Positions 47,243 through 56,860 of a stretch of DNA of 64,000 bases are shown piece after piece; position 1 is the first letter of the stretch, and every line of letters begins with the position of its first letter. The translations under genes and the position numbers were made by a program. Under the pieces are notes generated by a model. It searched no databases. It was not told the DNA's origin and was given only the letters and a program-made list of their open reading frames with translations. Origin of the DNA: an uncultured Clostridium sp. (GTDB taxonomy: Bacteria > Bacillota > Clostridia > TANB77 > CAG-508); the NCBI GenBank assembly GCA_947064765.1, contig CAMSWH010000003.1, forward strand, positions 9,990 through 73,989, in the 5' to 3' direction.

Positions 47243-47350
47243 TTTTTATGACATAATAATTTTAGAGGATAATAAAAATGAATATTATTTTATTCTATTT
47301 AAACTTAATATTTAGCGTTATCTTAATAAATCTCTGAAAGGAATTATAAT

Positions 47351-47944
47351 ATGAAAAATAATAAAACTGAAAATAAAGAATCAAGATTATTAAATACTGC
47401 CTTTAAATTATTTACTGAAAAAGGTATTAAAGATACTTCTATTCAAGAAATAGTTGATAATGCTGATGTTGGAAAGGGTACTTTTTATTTATATTTTAAA
47501 GATAAATATGAAATAAGAGACATTTTAATTGCAAAAAAATCACATAAACTTTTCTCTGATGCTTTAACAAATCTAAGAAAAGATAATATTAATAATTTAC
47601 CTGATCAAATTATTTCTATAGTAAATTATGTTATAGATGAATTAAAAAAGAACCCTATTTTATTAAAATTTATATCTAAAAATTTATCTTGGGGAATTTA
47701 TAGTCAGACTGTAAAAAAAATATATGCAGAAACTGAAAATGAAGAAGATGGAATTCATAATTTATTTTTAAAAGGTATTAAAGATAATAATATAAAATTA
47801 AAAAATCCTGATGTTACTTTATTTATGATTATAGAACTTGTGAGTTCTACTTGTTTTAATTCTATTTTGTATGATGAGCCTCTTCCTATTGAAGAATACA
47901 AACCTTATTTATATGAAACAATTAGGAAATTAATAAAAGAGTAA
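47351..47944 (+). CDS. TetR/AcrR-family transcriptional regulator
   Basis: 197 aa. N-terminal HTH FTEKGIKDTSIQEIVDNADVGKGTFYLYFKDK. Confidence 0.85.
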   Translation: MKNNKTENKESRLLNTAFKLFTEKGIKDTSIQEIVDNADVGKGTFYLYFKDKYEIRDILIAKKSHKLFSDALTNLRKDNINNLPDQIISIVNYVIDELKKNPILLKFISKNLSWGIYSQTVKKIYAETENEEDGIHNLFLKGIKDNNIKLKNPDVTLFMIIELVSSTCFNSILYDEPLPIEEYKPYLYETIRKLIKE

Positions 47945-47976
47945 AAATAATAATATCATATAAATTATATATTCAA

Positions 47977-48140
47977 AGAACAATAGTGGACAATATATAA
48001 TCTGTAAAAGACAAAACTATACTGAATTGTCCACGTCATTGTTCGAAGCACCAAATTTATGAAATAAATTTGTGTGCAAATATTGGCGTAAGCCTTTATT
48101 TAATAGGAAAGTTCAAAGGACTTTCCTATTAAATAAAAAG
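47977..48140. repeat. multi-hairpin element family X, copy 2
   Basis: P1 GAACAAT/ATTGTTC encloses a different P2 (GTGGACAAT...ATTGTCCAC). P3 is CAAATTTAT/ATAAATTTG. P4 is AATAGGAAAGT...ACTTTCCTATT. Confidence 0.6.
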
Positions 48141-48236
48141 AAATTATATATATTATCATTCGCTATCTACTAATCGCTTTTTTTAAAGCTTCCAAGGTTA
48201 CGCATCACTTCGTTTTAATATATATAATTTCTTTTT
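48135..48236. repeat. perfect 21-bp inverted repeat flanking a 60-nt GC-richer core
   Basis: AAAAAGAAATTATATATATTA (48135-48155) and TAATATATATAATTTCTTTTT (48216-48236). Confidence 0.6.
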
Positions 48237-48274
48237 TATATAATAGTTAATATTTTATATAAAAATATTAGATT

Positions 48275-49210
48275 TTATTCTAATATTTTAAATTCTACAT
48301 TTTTAGCTACAAATTTTCCTGTTGACTCACTTTTTGTAAATTCAGTTAATGATTTTTCTAATGAACCTGCATTTTGTTTTAAATCTGTAGTAAAGTAAAC
48401 TTTAATTTTCCCTAAATCTAAATCATTTTTTATAATTTCTTTAAATGTTTCTACCATATGCTTGTCATCTTCACAAACTAAAATAAGTTGTGGTCTTGCT
48501 TCATATCCAGAATCAAATTGAACAAAATTCTCTAAAAAATCTTTATATAATCTCATTCTTTCTACAAATTTTGTTTGCCACTCTTCTTCTCTTCTAACAC
48601 ATTCAAAAATTAAGCTTAATGATTTTCCTGCTTTAGAAATCTTAACTTCTCCATGACATTTAAATGATTTTCCTGCCATTTTTGCAGTTATATTTGGTTT
48701 AACTTTATATGAATCAAAGTTTTTTGCCTTTCTCATATAAGCAACAATAACTTGATTTCCTGCCAATCTCTTTTTTATTAGAGCTACTGGTTTTGTATTA
48801 TCTGTAGGTTGCCATTTACACTCTACTTCTTTGGAATTTAGTAAATACTTACCCATTTTTTCCATACAATAAACTCTATATATACCTTTTCCTTCTTCTG
48901 AAGTAAAATAATATCTTGTTAAAATTTTTGTTTTAACTAATTGATCTAACTTAGTATTTAATTTGTCTTGAGATTTTATTTCAACTCCTCTGTATACAAG
49001 CATTTGATAAATTTGTCTTGAAGTTAAAAATTCAAATTCATTTACTAAATCTAGTATCTTGAAATGTACATCTGATATATGTCCTAAATTAATTTTGTGG
49101 ATAATCTGATTAATAGATACATATCCATCCTTCCCATCAAATGTCTTTATTTCTCCTTCTCTAATAGCGAATGGAGAAACGGTAGTTTTTATTTGTTCAT
49201 CATCTACCAT
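48275..49210 (-). CDS. 311-aa protein with Replic_Relax (replication-relaxation)-like winged-helix N-terminal region
   Basis: HFKILDLVNEFEFLTSRQIYQML......LNTKLDQLVKTKILTRYYF....GKGIYRVYCMEKMGKYLL fits the LT..Q...L....RL..L....L.R.....Y.L...G pattern I recall for PF13814. The functional call is tentative. Confidence 0.4.
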   Translation of the reverse strand: MVDDEQIKTTVSPFAIREGEIKTFDGKDGYVSINQIIHKINLGHISDVHFKILDLVNEFEFLTSRQIYQMLVYRGVEIKSQDKLNTKLDQLVKTKILTRYYFTSEEGKGIYRVYCMEKMGKYLLNSKEVECKWQPTDNTKPVALIKKRLAGNQVIVAYMRKAKNFDSYKVKPNITAKMAGKSFKCHGEVKISKAGKSLSLIFECVRREEEWQTKFVERMRLYKDFLENFVQFDSGYEARPQLILVCEDDKHMVETFKEIIKNDLDLGKIKVYFTTDLKQNAGSLEKSLTEFTKSESTGKFVAKNVEFKILE

Positions 49211-49224
49211 TTTCTAAAACCTCC

Positions 49225-50031
49225 TTAAATAATTAAAAGTTTAATTTTTTTTCTATCTTTTATAATTTTCTTTATATAAACATTTACTCTTTGTCCATAT
49301 TCTAGTCCCTCTTTATATTCTGCTAAACCGACTAAATTAGGCTTAAGTTCAATAAAAATACCGTTTTTATATTTATCTGTTTCTTTTACTGTTCCTTCAA
49401 CAACCGTTTTTTCATTGTATTCTTTTATATTCTCTTCCCAATCTCCAAGTAATTCTTTATATGATAAAACAACTTTATTGTTTTCTTTGTCAATAGATTT
49501 TATCATAACATTAATTTTTTGTCCAATACTAAATCTTTCTTCTGGTGATTTTATTCTTGAAACTGAAATATCTTCTATATGAAGTAATCCGACTATTCCT
49601 CCACCTATTTCTACAAAAGCACCAAATTTTCTTATATTTTTAACTATTCCATTTACTACCATACCTGACTGTAAACTAGTTTTTAACCAATTTAGTGCTT
49701 CTTGTTGAACACTTTTTCTTGAAAGGATAACATTATTATTAATATCATTTATTTCCTTTACCTTAAATTGAACAAAATTATTAACCTTGTTTTTACAAAT
49801 ACTAGGATTGCAGAATCCAAATTCATCTACATTTATAGCTTCTAATTCATTTCTTGGAATTATTCCTTTTATGTTATTACCTAAGTCTATATGTAAATTA
49901 AAATCTGAATCACAATTATTTACTATTCCTTGTAGTATTTGTCCATCTGAAAATGCTGTTTGAATTAAACTCTTATCTAATTCATCTTTTGTGTCTAACC
50001 ATCCTTCTGGAATAAATTTTTGATATTCCAT
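49225..50031 (-). CDS. S1 RNA-binding domain protein (about three S1 repeats)
   Basis: 268 aa. Central canonical S1 (GMVVNGIVKNIRKFGAFVEIGGGIVGLLHIEDIS) flanked by two degenerate S1-like repeats. Confidence 0.8.
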   Translation of the reverse strand: MEYQKFIPEGWLDTKDELDKSLIQTAFSDGQILQGIVNNCDSDFNLHIDLGNNIKGIIPRNELEAINVDEFGFCNPSICKNKVNNFVQFKVKEINDINNNVILSRKSVQQEALNWLKTSLQSGMVVNGIVKNIRKFGAFVEIGGGIVGLLHIEDISVSRIKSPEERFSIGQKINVMIKSIDKENNKVVLSYKELLGDWEENIKEYNEKTVVEGTVKETDKYKNGIFIELKPNLVGLAEYKEGLEYGQRVNVYIKKIIKDRKKIKLLII

Positions 50032-50056
50032 TTTTTTCCCTCTTTCGTATTTTCTT

Positions 50057-50153
50057 TAGACATGGGGACGTAGTTTTTGTCTAAACTAATTTGATTTTTT
50101 AATTTCAGTTTTAATCTAAAATAATTTAGACAAAAACTACGTCCCCATGTCTA
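50057..50153. repeat. REPIN-like palindromic element, copy C (perfect 29-bp arms)
   Basis: TAGACATGGGGACGTAGTTTTTGTCTAAA (50057-50085) / TTTAGACAAAAACTACGTCCCCATGTCTA (50125-50153). Abuts the rluB stop codon at 50154-50156. Confidence 0.85.
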
Positions 50154-50870
50154 TTAAATTAATTTATTTATTTCTTCTTTTCTTAAATATCTCCAAGTTC
50201 CTATTTTTAAATCTTTTACTCCAATGTTGCCTATTTTTGCTCTATGAAGTGCAATTACTTTTTTACCTAACGCTTCACACATTTTTCTAACTTGTCTATT
50301 TTTTCCTTCATGTATTATAATTTCAACTCTTGATATTTTTTTGTCATTATCTATCTTTAAAATTCTAGCTCTCGCTGGTTTAGTAACATATTCCCCATCA
50401 ATTTCAACACCAGATTGCAATTTTTTTATATCTTCATCTGTGACTATTCCAATCACTGTTACTGTATAAGTTTTTGTTATTTCATGCTTTGGATGTGTTA
50501 CTTTATATATAAAATCTCCATCATCTGTTAAAATTAATGCTCCTGATGTATACATATCTAATCTTCCTACTGGAACAATTCTTTTATCTGTTTTTATTAA
50601 ATCAAGTACTGTTTGTCTATCAAATTGATCATTAGCTGTTGTAACTACTCCAATAGGCTTATTCAGCAATATATAAGTATAATCTTTCTTCTCTAATTTT
50701 ACTATTTTTCCTAAATATTCTATTTTGTCTTTTTCTGGATTTACCTTTTTTCCAAGCTCTGCTACTTCCCCATTTACTGTTATTTTGCCATCTTCTATTA
50801 ATTCTTCACATTTTCTACGAGAGGCTATTCCTGTTTGAGCTAAATACTTTTGTAGCCTTATTTCTTCCAT
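50154..50870 (-). CDS. rluB: RsuA/RluB-family pseudouridine synthase
   Basis: 238 aa. S4 domain (RLQKYLAQTGIASRRKCEELI) and catalytic GRLDMYTSG. Confidence 0.85.
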   Translation of the reverse strand: MEEIRLQKYLAQTGIASRRKCEELIEDGKITVNGEVAELGKKVNPEKDKIEYLGKIVKLEKKDYTYILLNKPIGVVTTANDQFDRQTVLDLIKTDKRIVPVGRLDMYTSGALILTDDGDFIYKVTHPKHEITKTYTVTVIGIVTDEDIKKLQSGVEIDGEYVTKPARARILKIDNDKKISRVEIIIHEGKNRQVRKMCEALGKKVIALHRAKIGNIGVKDLKIGTWRYLRKEEINKLI

Positions 50871-51796
50871 TAGTTACCTTTATTTTCCTTTCTTAGCTCC
50901 TCTAATACTTTTTCAAAATATTCTGGCAATTTTGCCTCTAACTTCATTTCTTTATCAGTAATTGGATGCTTAAATTCTAGTTTTTCACTATGTAACATTT
51001 GCCCCTCTACACCAAATGGATTTTTTCCATTTGAATAGACATAATCTCCAACTATTGGGTATCCTATTTGAGACAAATGAACTCTTATTTGATGTGTCCT
51101 TCCTGTTTCAATATTTACTTCTAATAATGTATATTCTTTAAATCTTTCAATAACCTTTATATGCGTTATTGCATTTTTTCCACTTTTTGATACAGCCATT
51201 TTTGTTCTATCTTTTGTACTTCTTCCTATTGGCATATCTATAGTTGCTTCATTTTCTTTTACTTTTCCTCTTACTAAAGTAATATATGTCTTCTTAACTT
51301 TATGATCTTTTATTTGCTCACTCATATTTACATGAGCTCTATCATTTTTAGCAATGATTAAAAGTCCTGATGTATCTTTATCTATTCTATGTACAATTCC
51401 AGGTCTAATTTCTCCTCCAATTCCAGATAAACTATCTTTGCATTTATTCATAATAGCATTAACTAATGTTCCATCTGGATTTCCATTTCCTGGATGCACA
51501 ACTAACCCTTTTTGCTTATTTACTACTAATATATCGTTATCTTCATATATTATATCCAATGGAATATCCTGTGGTTCGATTTCAACCTCTTTAGGTTCTT
51601 CTTTATTTATAGTTACTATATCATTAAAATTTAATTTATATGAAGCTTTGCTACTTTTTCCATTTACTAAAATATTTTCTTCATCAATTAGTCTCTGTAC
51701 GCTCGCTCTAGAAAGAGTATTATCTTTCATACTTACTGCTTTGTCTAACCTCATACCTACTAATTCTTCATTTATTTTATAATCTTTTTTTTCCAA
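50870..51796 (-). CDS. rluD: RluA-family pseudouridine synthase (RluD-like)
   Basis: 308 aa. S4 domain, catalytic HRIDKDTSGLL, and RTHQIRVH motif. Confidence 0.9.
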   Translation of the reverse strand: MEKKDYKINEELVGMRLDKAVSMKDNTLSRASVQRLIDEENILVNGKSSKASYKLNFNDIVTINKEEPKEVEIEPQDIPLDIIYEDNDILVVNKQKGLVVHPGNGNPDGTLVNAIMNKCKDSLSGIGGEIRPGIVHRIDKDTSGLLIIAKNDRAHVNMSEQIKDHKVKKTYITLVRGKVKENEATIDMPIGRSTKDRTKMAVSKSGKNAITHIKVIERFKEYTLLEVNIETGRTHQIRVHLSQIGYPIVGDYVYSNGKNPFGVEGQMLHSEKLEFKHPITDKEMKLEAKLPEYFEKVLEELRKENKGN

Positions 51797-51806
51797 TATC
51801 TTTCCC

Positions 51807-52622
51807 CTATTTGCTAAATTTTCCTTTTGTTATATCTTTTACAAAAGTAATTTTTAATAAATAAATTGGTAGTACAATCATCCTAAAAATTCTTGAAGGT
51901 TCTAACATCAATCTCCACAGCCATTCTATACATAATTTTTGAACTATTTTAGGCGCTCTTTTTATTTTTCCAGCTTCATAATCAAATGTACCACCTTGAC
52001 CTGCTGCAATATCTACTTTTAATTCATTTTTATGCTTTGAAATCCATTTTTCTTGAATTGGTGCTCCCATTGCAACAAATAATACATTTGGTTTTAAATT
52101 ATTTATTTCCTGTATTACTTTTTCTTCACCATCTTCTTCAAAAAAACCTTCATGATACCCTACAATTTTTATATTTGGATAAATTTTCTTTAAATTCTCA
52201 GTTGCAAGTTTTGGAACTTCTCCTCTACCTCCAAGTAAATAAAAAGTCCAATTCTCTTTTTCTCCAACCTCTAAAACTTTTCTAAAGTATTCTTGACCTG
52301 GTATTCTTTGTTTAAAAGGTTTGTTTTGAAATTTTCCACCTAACATTACACCAACGCTATCTGGAGTTGCAAGCTCTGCACTTTTCAATATTTTATAAAA
52401 CTCTTCATCCTTTTGAGCTATCATTATAAATTCTGTATTTGGAGCCACCACAATTTTGCAAGACTTGTTACTTTCTTCTATTAAATTTTTAGTTATTTCT
52501 CCTGCTTCTTCAATATTAATATTATCTATGTCTACACCTAATATTCTAACTGTATTTCGCAAATTATACACCCCTATTTTTTCTTTGAAAAATCTATTAA
52601 AAATATTATTAATAGAATCCAT
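51807..52622 (-). CDS. WecB/TagA/CpsF-family glycosyltransferase
   Basis: 271 aa. RILGVDIDNINIEEA N-terminus and family-typical length. The ATG start overlaps the lspA 3' end by 49 nt, so the start is uncertain. Confidence 0.75.
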   Translation of the reverse strand: MDSINNIFNRFFKEKIGVYNLRNTVRILGVDIDNINIEEAGEITKNLIEESNKSCKIVVAPNTEFIMIAQKDEEFYKILKSAELATPDSVGVMLGGKFQNKPFKQRIPGQEYFRKVLEVGEKENWTFYLLGGRGEVPKLATENLKKIYPNIKIVGYHEGFFEEDGEEKVIQEINNLKPNVLFVAMGAPIQEKWISKHKNELKVDIAAGQGGTFDYEAGKIKRAPKIVQKLCIEWLWRLMLEPSRIFRMIVLPIYLLKITFVKDITKGKFSK

Positions 52623-53050
52623 CCAATTAGTACATATAAATCAGCTATGTTGAAAGTTGGAAGTTTATATATTTTTATAAAATCTAAAACTCCACCTCTA
52701 AAAAATCTATCAATTAAATTACTAATTCCTCCTGCTAAAACTAATGACAATGATATTATTGTTTTTTTATCAAGTCTTTCTAATTGATTCTTTATAAAGT
52801 TGATAACTATTGCTAAAACAAAAATCGTTAAAAATATATTTCTAATATTTCCTTCATTAAATCCAAATGCCATACCTGTATTTTTCACTGTTTCAATTTT
52901 TAAATAATCATTTCCTATTCCTTCTGGAACAAAAAATATAATTAAAAATTTACTTACTTGATCTATTACAATTAATATAGTTATAATAATAATCAAACTT
53001 CTAACTATTTTATTTTTCAAATTTATCCCCCCAATTAATTGTAATTTCAA
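52574..53050 (-). CDS. lspA: lipoprotein signal peptidase II
   Basis: 158 aa. NTGMAFGF and ISNLIDRFFRGGVLDFI motifs, 4 TM, TTG start. Confidence 0.9.
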   Translation of the reverse strand: MKLQLIGGINLKNKIVRSLIIIITILIVIDQVSKFLIIFFVPEGIGNDYLKIETVKNTGMAFGFNEGNIRNIFLTIFVLAIVINFIKNQLERLDKKTIISLSLVLAGGISNLIDRFFRGGVLDFIKIYKLPTFNIADLYVLIGWILLIIFLIDFSKKK

Positions 53051-54816
53051 TCTTTAGCAACATCTAATTTCTCAAAAATTTTAAAATTACCTTCACTATA
53101 AATCCTTCTATAATTAGCATCATCTTCTAATATCATAGCAAGTTTTGAATTTTCATATAGTATTATGTGTGTTACTCCATATTCTTCAAATTTTGTTTTA
53201 TAATCAACTGCTATTCCTGCTATATTTAATGCATCTGAAAAAATGTCTCTACCATCTATACCATTTTCTTTATCTTCATTAAACTCTGGTGAATACAAAT
53301 CACATCTTGAATCAATAAATACTGGTATCCCTCTAAATAATAAATAACTTCCATAATTATATTCATTATATAATTTTATATTTTTTACATCTAAATTGCT
53401 TAATATCCAATCTGATGCAGCTACTGGATATGTTGATTCATCTATATAATCACTTCTAAAATGTGGTTTCACAATATTAGTAGAAAGTATTATAAATAAA
53501 CAAATTATAACTGTTGCCCCAAACCATCCTGATATAAAGTTTTCTAATTTTTTAAAGTTCTCTTTATCATATTTTTCAACCATTTGACCTATTAAATTTG
53601 CAAGTATTGGTCCACAAAAAATTGCAAACATAGATACTTGTCTTCTTGATTTAAACGCTAAAAATGTTATACCTGCAAGCATAAATAAATCTGATAATTT
53701 TATTTTTGTATCTGTAAATATCAAAATCATTAAAAACACTATAATAGCAACTGCAAATTCTTCATTTTCAATTAATGTAAGTGGCAAATGTTCATTAATT
53801 GACTGAGTCGTATTTCCTTGCATTGTTTTATACAAATAAGTAAATGCACCATCTCCTGCTGGATTTAAGAACCCTGTAAAAACAGCTATTGCCATTATCG
53901 CAATAAGTAATAATATAACATGATTTTTTTCTGTTTTTATTTTATATGGGTTTTCTCTTAAAAGCTCTCTTTTTTTTGTTCTTTTTAATATTGCTAATTT
54001 AATTTTTTCTATTTTATTATCACACTTTTCTTTTGCTTCATCTTTTTTAGAAAGTTTTTTCTTTATTTTAGTTATTAACGAAACAAATCTTAAGTCTAAA
54101 TCTTTTTCATCTAATACTACACAAACATATTCTCCTATATAAGGTAAGAATAAAACAAAATAAAATGGAAATACTGCACAATGTAAATTTGCAATTAATA
54201 ATGGTATCAATATAAGCATTAATCCATATCTTTTTTTCTTTGTTTCTAAAAATTTTTCTATAAAATATACTGCTAAAACAAATAAAATAAATGTTACAAG
54301 TTGTGCTCTAGCTGCAATAAATGATTTCATTAAATATATTGAAAATATAGTTATTATTAATGATACCACTTTATTTTTTGACTTTTTATTACTTAACAAA
54401 TATATTGAGAAACCAAGTAATGCAGTAAAAATCATTGTTGATGCATAAATACCAGGTTGTCCAAATGCATTATATATTAAAAACATTCCTAAATCATAAA
54501 GCCAATGTGGATAAGTATATGGTAGTTCATGCCAAGAATACAAATCTGTAGTTAAATCTGATATTCCATTATTATATATATATTCTCCTATTGTTACTGT
54601 ATAATATGTATCATTTTGTAATGTTTTTGGTGATATTGCTGCACAAAATAATGCAATGCATATAAGAGCAACAATATGAAAAACAATATTTTTTATTTTT
54701 TTAGTTTTTACTAATTGGTTTAAATTTTTATCTTCTGTATTTTCAGAAGTTTCTTTTTCTAGATTTTCTGACTTAACTTCTGATTCTACTTTTTCTATCT
54801 CTTCTTCGTTTTTCAT
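53047..54816 (-). CDS. 589-aa polytopic membrane protein, possibly a GT-C (ArnT/PMT-like) glycosyltransferase
   Basis: Acidic N-terminal tail, about 11 TM segments, C-terminal soluble domain. Overlaps the lspA start by 4 nt. The family call comes from topology only. Confidence 0.4.
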   Translation of the reverse strand: MKNEEEIEKVESEVKSENLEKETSENTEDKNLNQLVKTKKIKNIVFHIVALICIALFCAAISPKTLQNDTYYTVTIGEYIYNNGISDLTTDLYSWHELPYTYPHWLYDLGMFLIYNAFGQPGIYASTMIFTALLGFSIYLLSNKKSKNKVVSLIITIFSIYLMKSFIAARAQLVTFILFVLAVYFIEKFLETKKKRYGLMLILIPLLIANLHCAVFPFYFVLFLPYIGEYVCVVLDEKDLDLRFVSLITKIKKKLSKKDEAKEKCDNKIEKIKLAILKRTKKRELLRENPYKIKTEKNHVILLLIAIMAIAVFTGFLNPAGDGAFTYLYKTMQGNTTQSINEHLPLTLIENEEFAVAIIVFLMILIFTDTKIKLSDLFMLAGITFLAFKSRRQVSMFAIFCGPILANLIGQMVEKYDKENFKKLENFISGWFGATVIICLFIILSTNIVKPHFRSDYIDESTYPVAASDWILSNLDVKNIKLYNEYNYGSYLLFRGIPVFIDSRCDLYSPEFNEDKENGIDGRDIFSDALNIAGIAVDYKTKFEEYGVTHIILYENSKLAMILEDDANYRRIYSEGNFKIFEKLDVAKD

Positions 54817-54974
54817 GTAAAACTCCTCTGTTTATTATAAATTTATTTGGATTATATCAAATAATAATAAAAAAATATATACCTATAGCATAAAAAATTC
54901 AGAATCAAAATTTTATACGTAGTACAAACTGCTATAAAATCTTGATTCTGATATGGTTGTCTAATACTAAAATT

Positions 54975-56762
54975 TTAAATAGCATATTTTTCATTACATT
55001 CATTTAATTTATTTTTTAAAAGTTGACTTTCAGTCTCATATATTCTTTTAAAAAAATCTTGTTTTGTAACAAAATTTTCATTTGTCATATAATTTAATGT
55101 TAATACAGATATATTTGAACAATGATCTATAATTTTTTCACATATAATTAAAAGTTCTAAAAATGCAATTCCACTTTCTACATTACATTTTCCTTCTTTT
55201 AATCTTTCTATATGGGCATTTTTATATTCTTCTCTTTTAATTTCTGAAAACTCTTTTAAAGCTTCAATTTCTACAACATATTTTATCTTTTTTTCCTTAT
55301 ATGCTTTTATAGTACTTAAAAGTGCATCTTCTGTAATATCATATATTAATTCAAATTCTCTATATGCGGTATCAGAAATTTTAATATTTTTTTCATTCAT
55401 GTTCTCTACTATTTTAGAAAATTTATATCCGTAATCTCCAATTTTTTCAAATTCAGATTCCATTTTCAGTAAAGTTGATATGATTACACTTTCCTTATCA
55501 GATATGTCAAGACTTCCAAGTTTAATTAAAAATTCTGTAACTTTTTCTTCTAATTTATCTATTGAATTTTCTCTTTCTAAAATTTTATCTAACTTTTTAG
55601 TTTCAAATTCTTTTAGCAAAATATTAGATTTTCTAAAATTTTTTTCTGCTATCTCTCCCATCTTTTCTATAACACTTGTACTATTTGTAATAGCCATTTT
55701 AGGCATTTTTAATATTCTATCATCTAACATATTTAATACTGATAAATAATTACTATCATCCTCATCATCTTTAACCTTTTCATCTTTAATAGTAATTAGA
55801 GTTAATTTCTCAATTAAATTAATGCATGGTAATAATATTATTGTTGATACTACATTAAATATTGTATGAAAGTTAGCTATTTGTCCCATTTCTATAGTAT
55901 CCTCCCAGAATGTAAATCCTATAAAAAATTGATATGTGTATATAAATATTAAAAATATTATTGTTCCTATTAAATTAAAATATAAATGTACTGCCGCAGC
56001 TCTTTTGGCATTTTTAGTTCCACTAATACTTGCACATATTGATGTAAAACAAGTTCCAATATTTTGACCTAATATAATTGGAATAGTTGTAGAATAAGTT
56101 ATTATTCCAGTAGTAGATATCGCTTGCAATAGACCTACTGTAGCTGCTGAACTTTGAAGTAAAACCGTAATTAGTGCACCTGCTAAAACTCCTAATATAG
56201 GATTAGATAATTTTGATAATATTTGTGATAATATAGGTAAATCACTAAATCCACTAGCAATTTCAATCATTGTTATCATTCCTGTAAATAATAGTCCTAT
56301 TCCCATTATCATTTCACCAATATTTTTCATTTTTCTATTTTTAGCAAGTTCTATAAAAAAAACTCCAACTAAAATAAGTATTGGTGCTATTACTTCTGGA
56401 GTAAATAATGATATAAAGCTTCCATTATCTAAACTTGTAAGTCTTAAAATTTGTGATGTTATAGTAGTTCCAATATTAGCTCCCATTATTATTGGTATTG
56501 CATTTTTTAATTTTAAAATTTCAGAATTAACAAGTCCAACTACAAGTACAGTTGTTGCAGCTGAGCTTTGTGTTGCTACTGTAATTAATATTCCTGTTAA
56601 TAATCCTTTAAATACATTATCTGTAGCTGATATTAAAAATTTTTCTAGTTTTCCTCCTGATATCATTTTTAAATTTGTACTTAATATTCTCATGCCATAA
56701 ATCAGTAATGCTACTCCACCAAGTAATTTTATAATTGAAATTATTATATCCAATTTTTCCAC
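54975..56762 (-). CDS. Na/Pi cotransporter family protein with C-terminal PhoU-like domain
   Basis: 595 aa. Duplicated QSSAAT motifs (ATQSSAATT, LLQSSAATV) and a helical C-terminal domain. Confidence 0.85.
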   Translation of the reverse strand: MEKLDIIISIIKLLGGVALLIYGMRILSTNLKMISGGKLEKFLISATDNVFKGLLTGILITVATQSSAATTVLVVGLVNSEILKLKNAIPIIMGANIGTTITSQILRLTSLDNGSFISLFTPEVIAPILILVGVFFIELAKNRKMKNIGEMIMGIGLLFTGMITMIEIASGFSDLPILSQILSKLSNPILGVLAGALITVLLQSSAATVGLLQAISTTGIITYSTTIPIILGQNIGTCFTSICASISGTKNAKRAAAVHLYFNLIGTIIFLIFIYTYQFFIGFTFWEDTIEMGQIANFHTIFNVVSTIILLPCINLIEKLTLITIKDEKVKDDEDDSNYLSVLNMLDDRILKMPKMAITNSTSVIEKMGEIAEKNFRKSNILLKEFETKKLDKILERENSIDKLEEKVTEFLIKLGSLDISDKESVIISTLLKMESEFEKIGDYGYKFSKIVENMNEKNIKISDTAYREFELIYDITEDALLSTIKAYKEKKIKYVVEIEALKEFSEIKREEYKNAHIERLKEGKCNVESGIAFLELLIICEKIIDHCSNISVLTLNYMTNENFVTKQDFFKRIYETESQLLKNKLNECNEKYAI

Positions 56763-56860
56763 CTCAAAATTTCTCTGTTTTCTTAGAATTCTAATCTTTT
56801 GTATAGTTTTAACTATCTCTACCTATTATATTCAAAAAATAAGTATTGTCAATATCGTTT

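Noticed and set aside
40204-49300. The region might be an intact integrative conjugative element or prophage.
   Set aside because: There is no integrase or recombinase, relaxase, VirB4-type ATPase, capsid, portal or terminase genes, and no tRNA target or flanking direct repeats. Composition is indistinguishable by eye from core genes.
51354-51782. 142-aa plus-strand ORF inside rluD. The same applies to the other antisense track ORFs within real genes: 907-1146, 1084-1299, 1514-1780, 1881-2123, 8209-8409, 13277-13471, 14396-14605, 20104-20304, 21534-21773, 22919-23119, 24001-24288, 24631-24822, 28863-29063, 29577-29801, 29788-30078, 30397-30630, 32599-32793, 33522-33752, 36948-37148, 37703-37912, 38822-39007, 39731-39955, 40968-41165, 42029-42244, 42229-42468, 42248-42475, 43088-43303, 44261-44485, 45763-45975, 46675-47031, 51986-52285, 52456-52653, 55480-55749, 57059-57316, 58349-58546, 59001-59204, 63028-63222.
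   Set aside because: All lie antisense to, or out of frame within, genes with clear homology. They have Leu/Phe/Ile/Ser-rich low-complexity translations typical of AT-rich shadow ORFs, and they lack RBSs.
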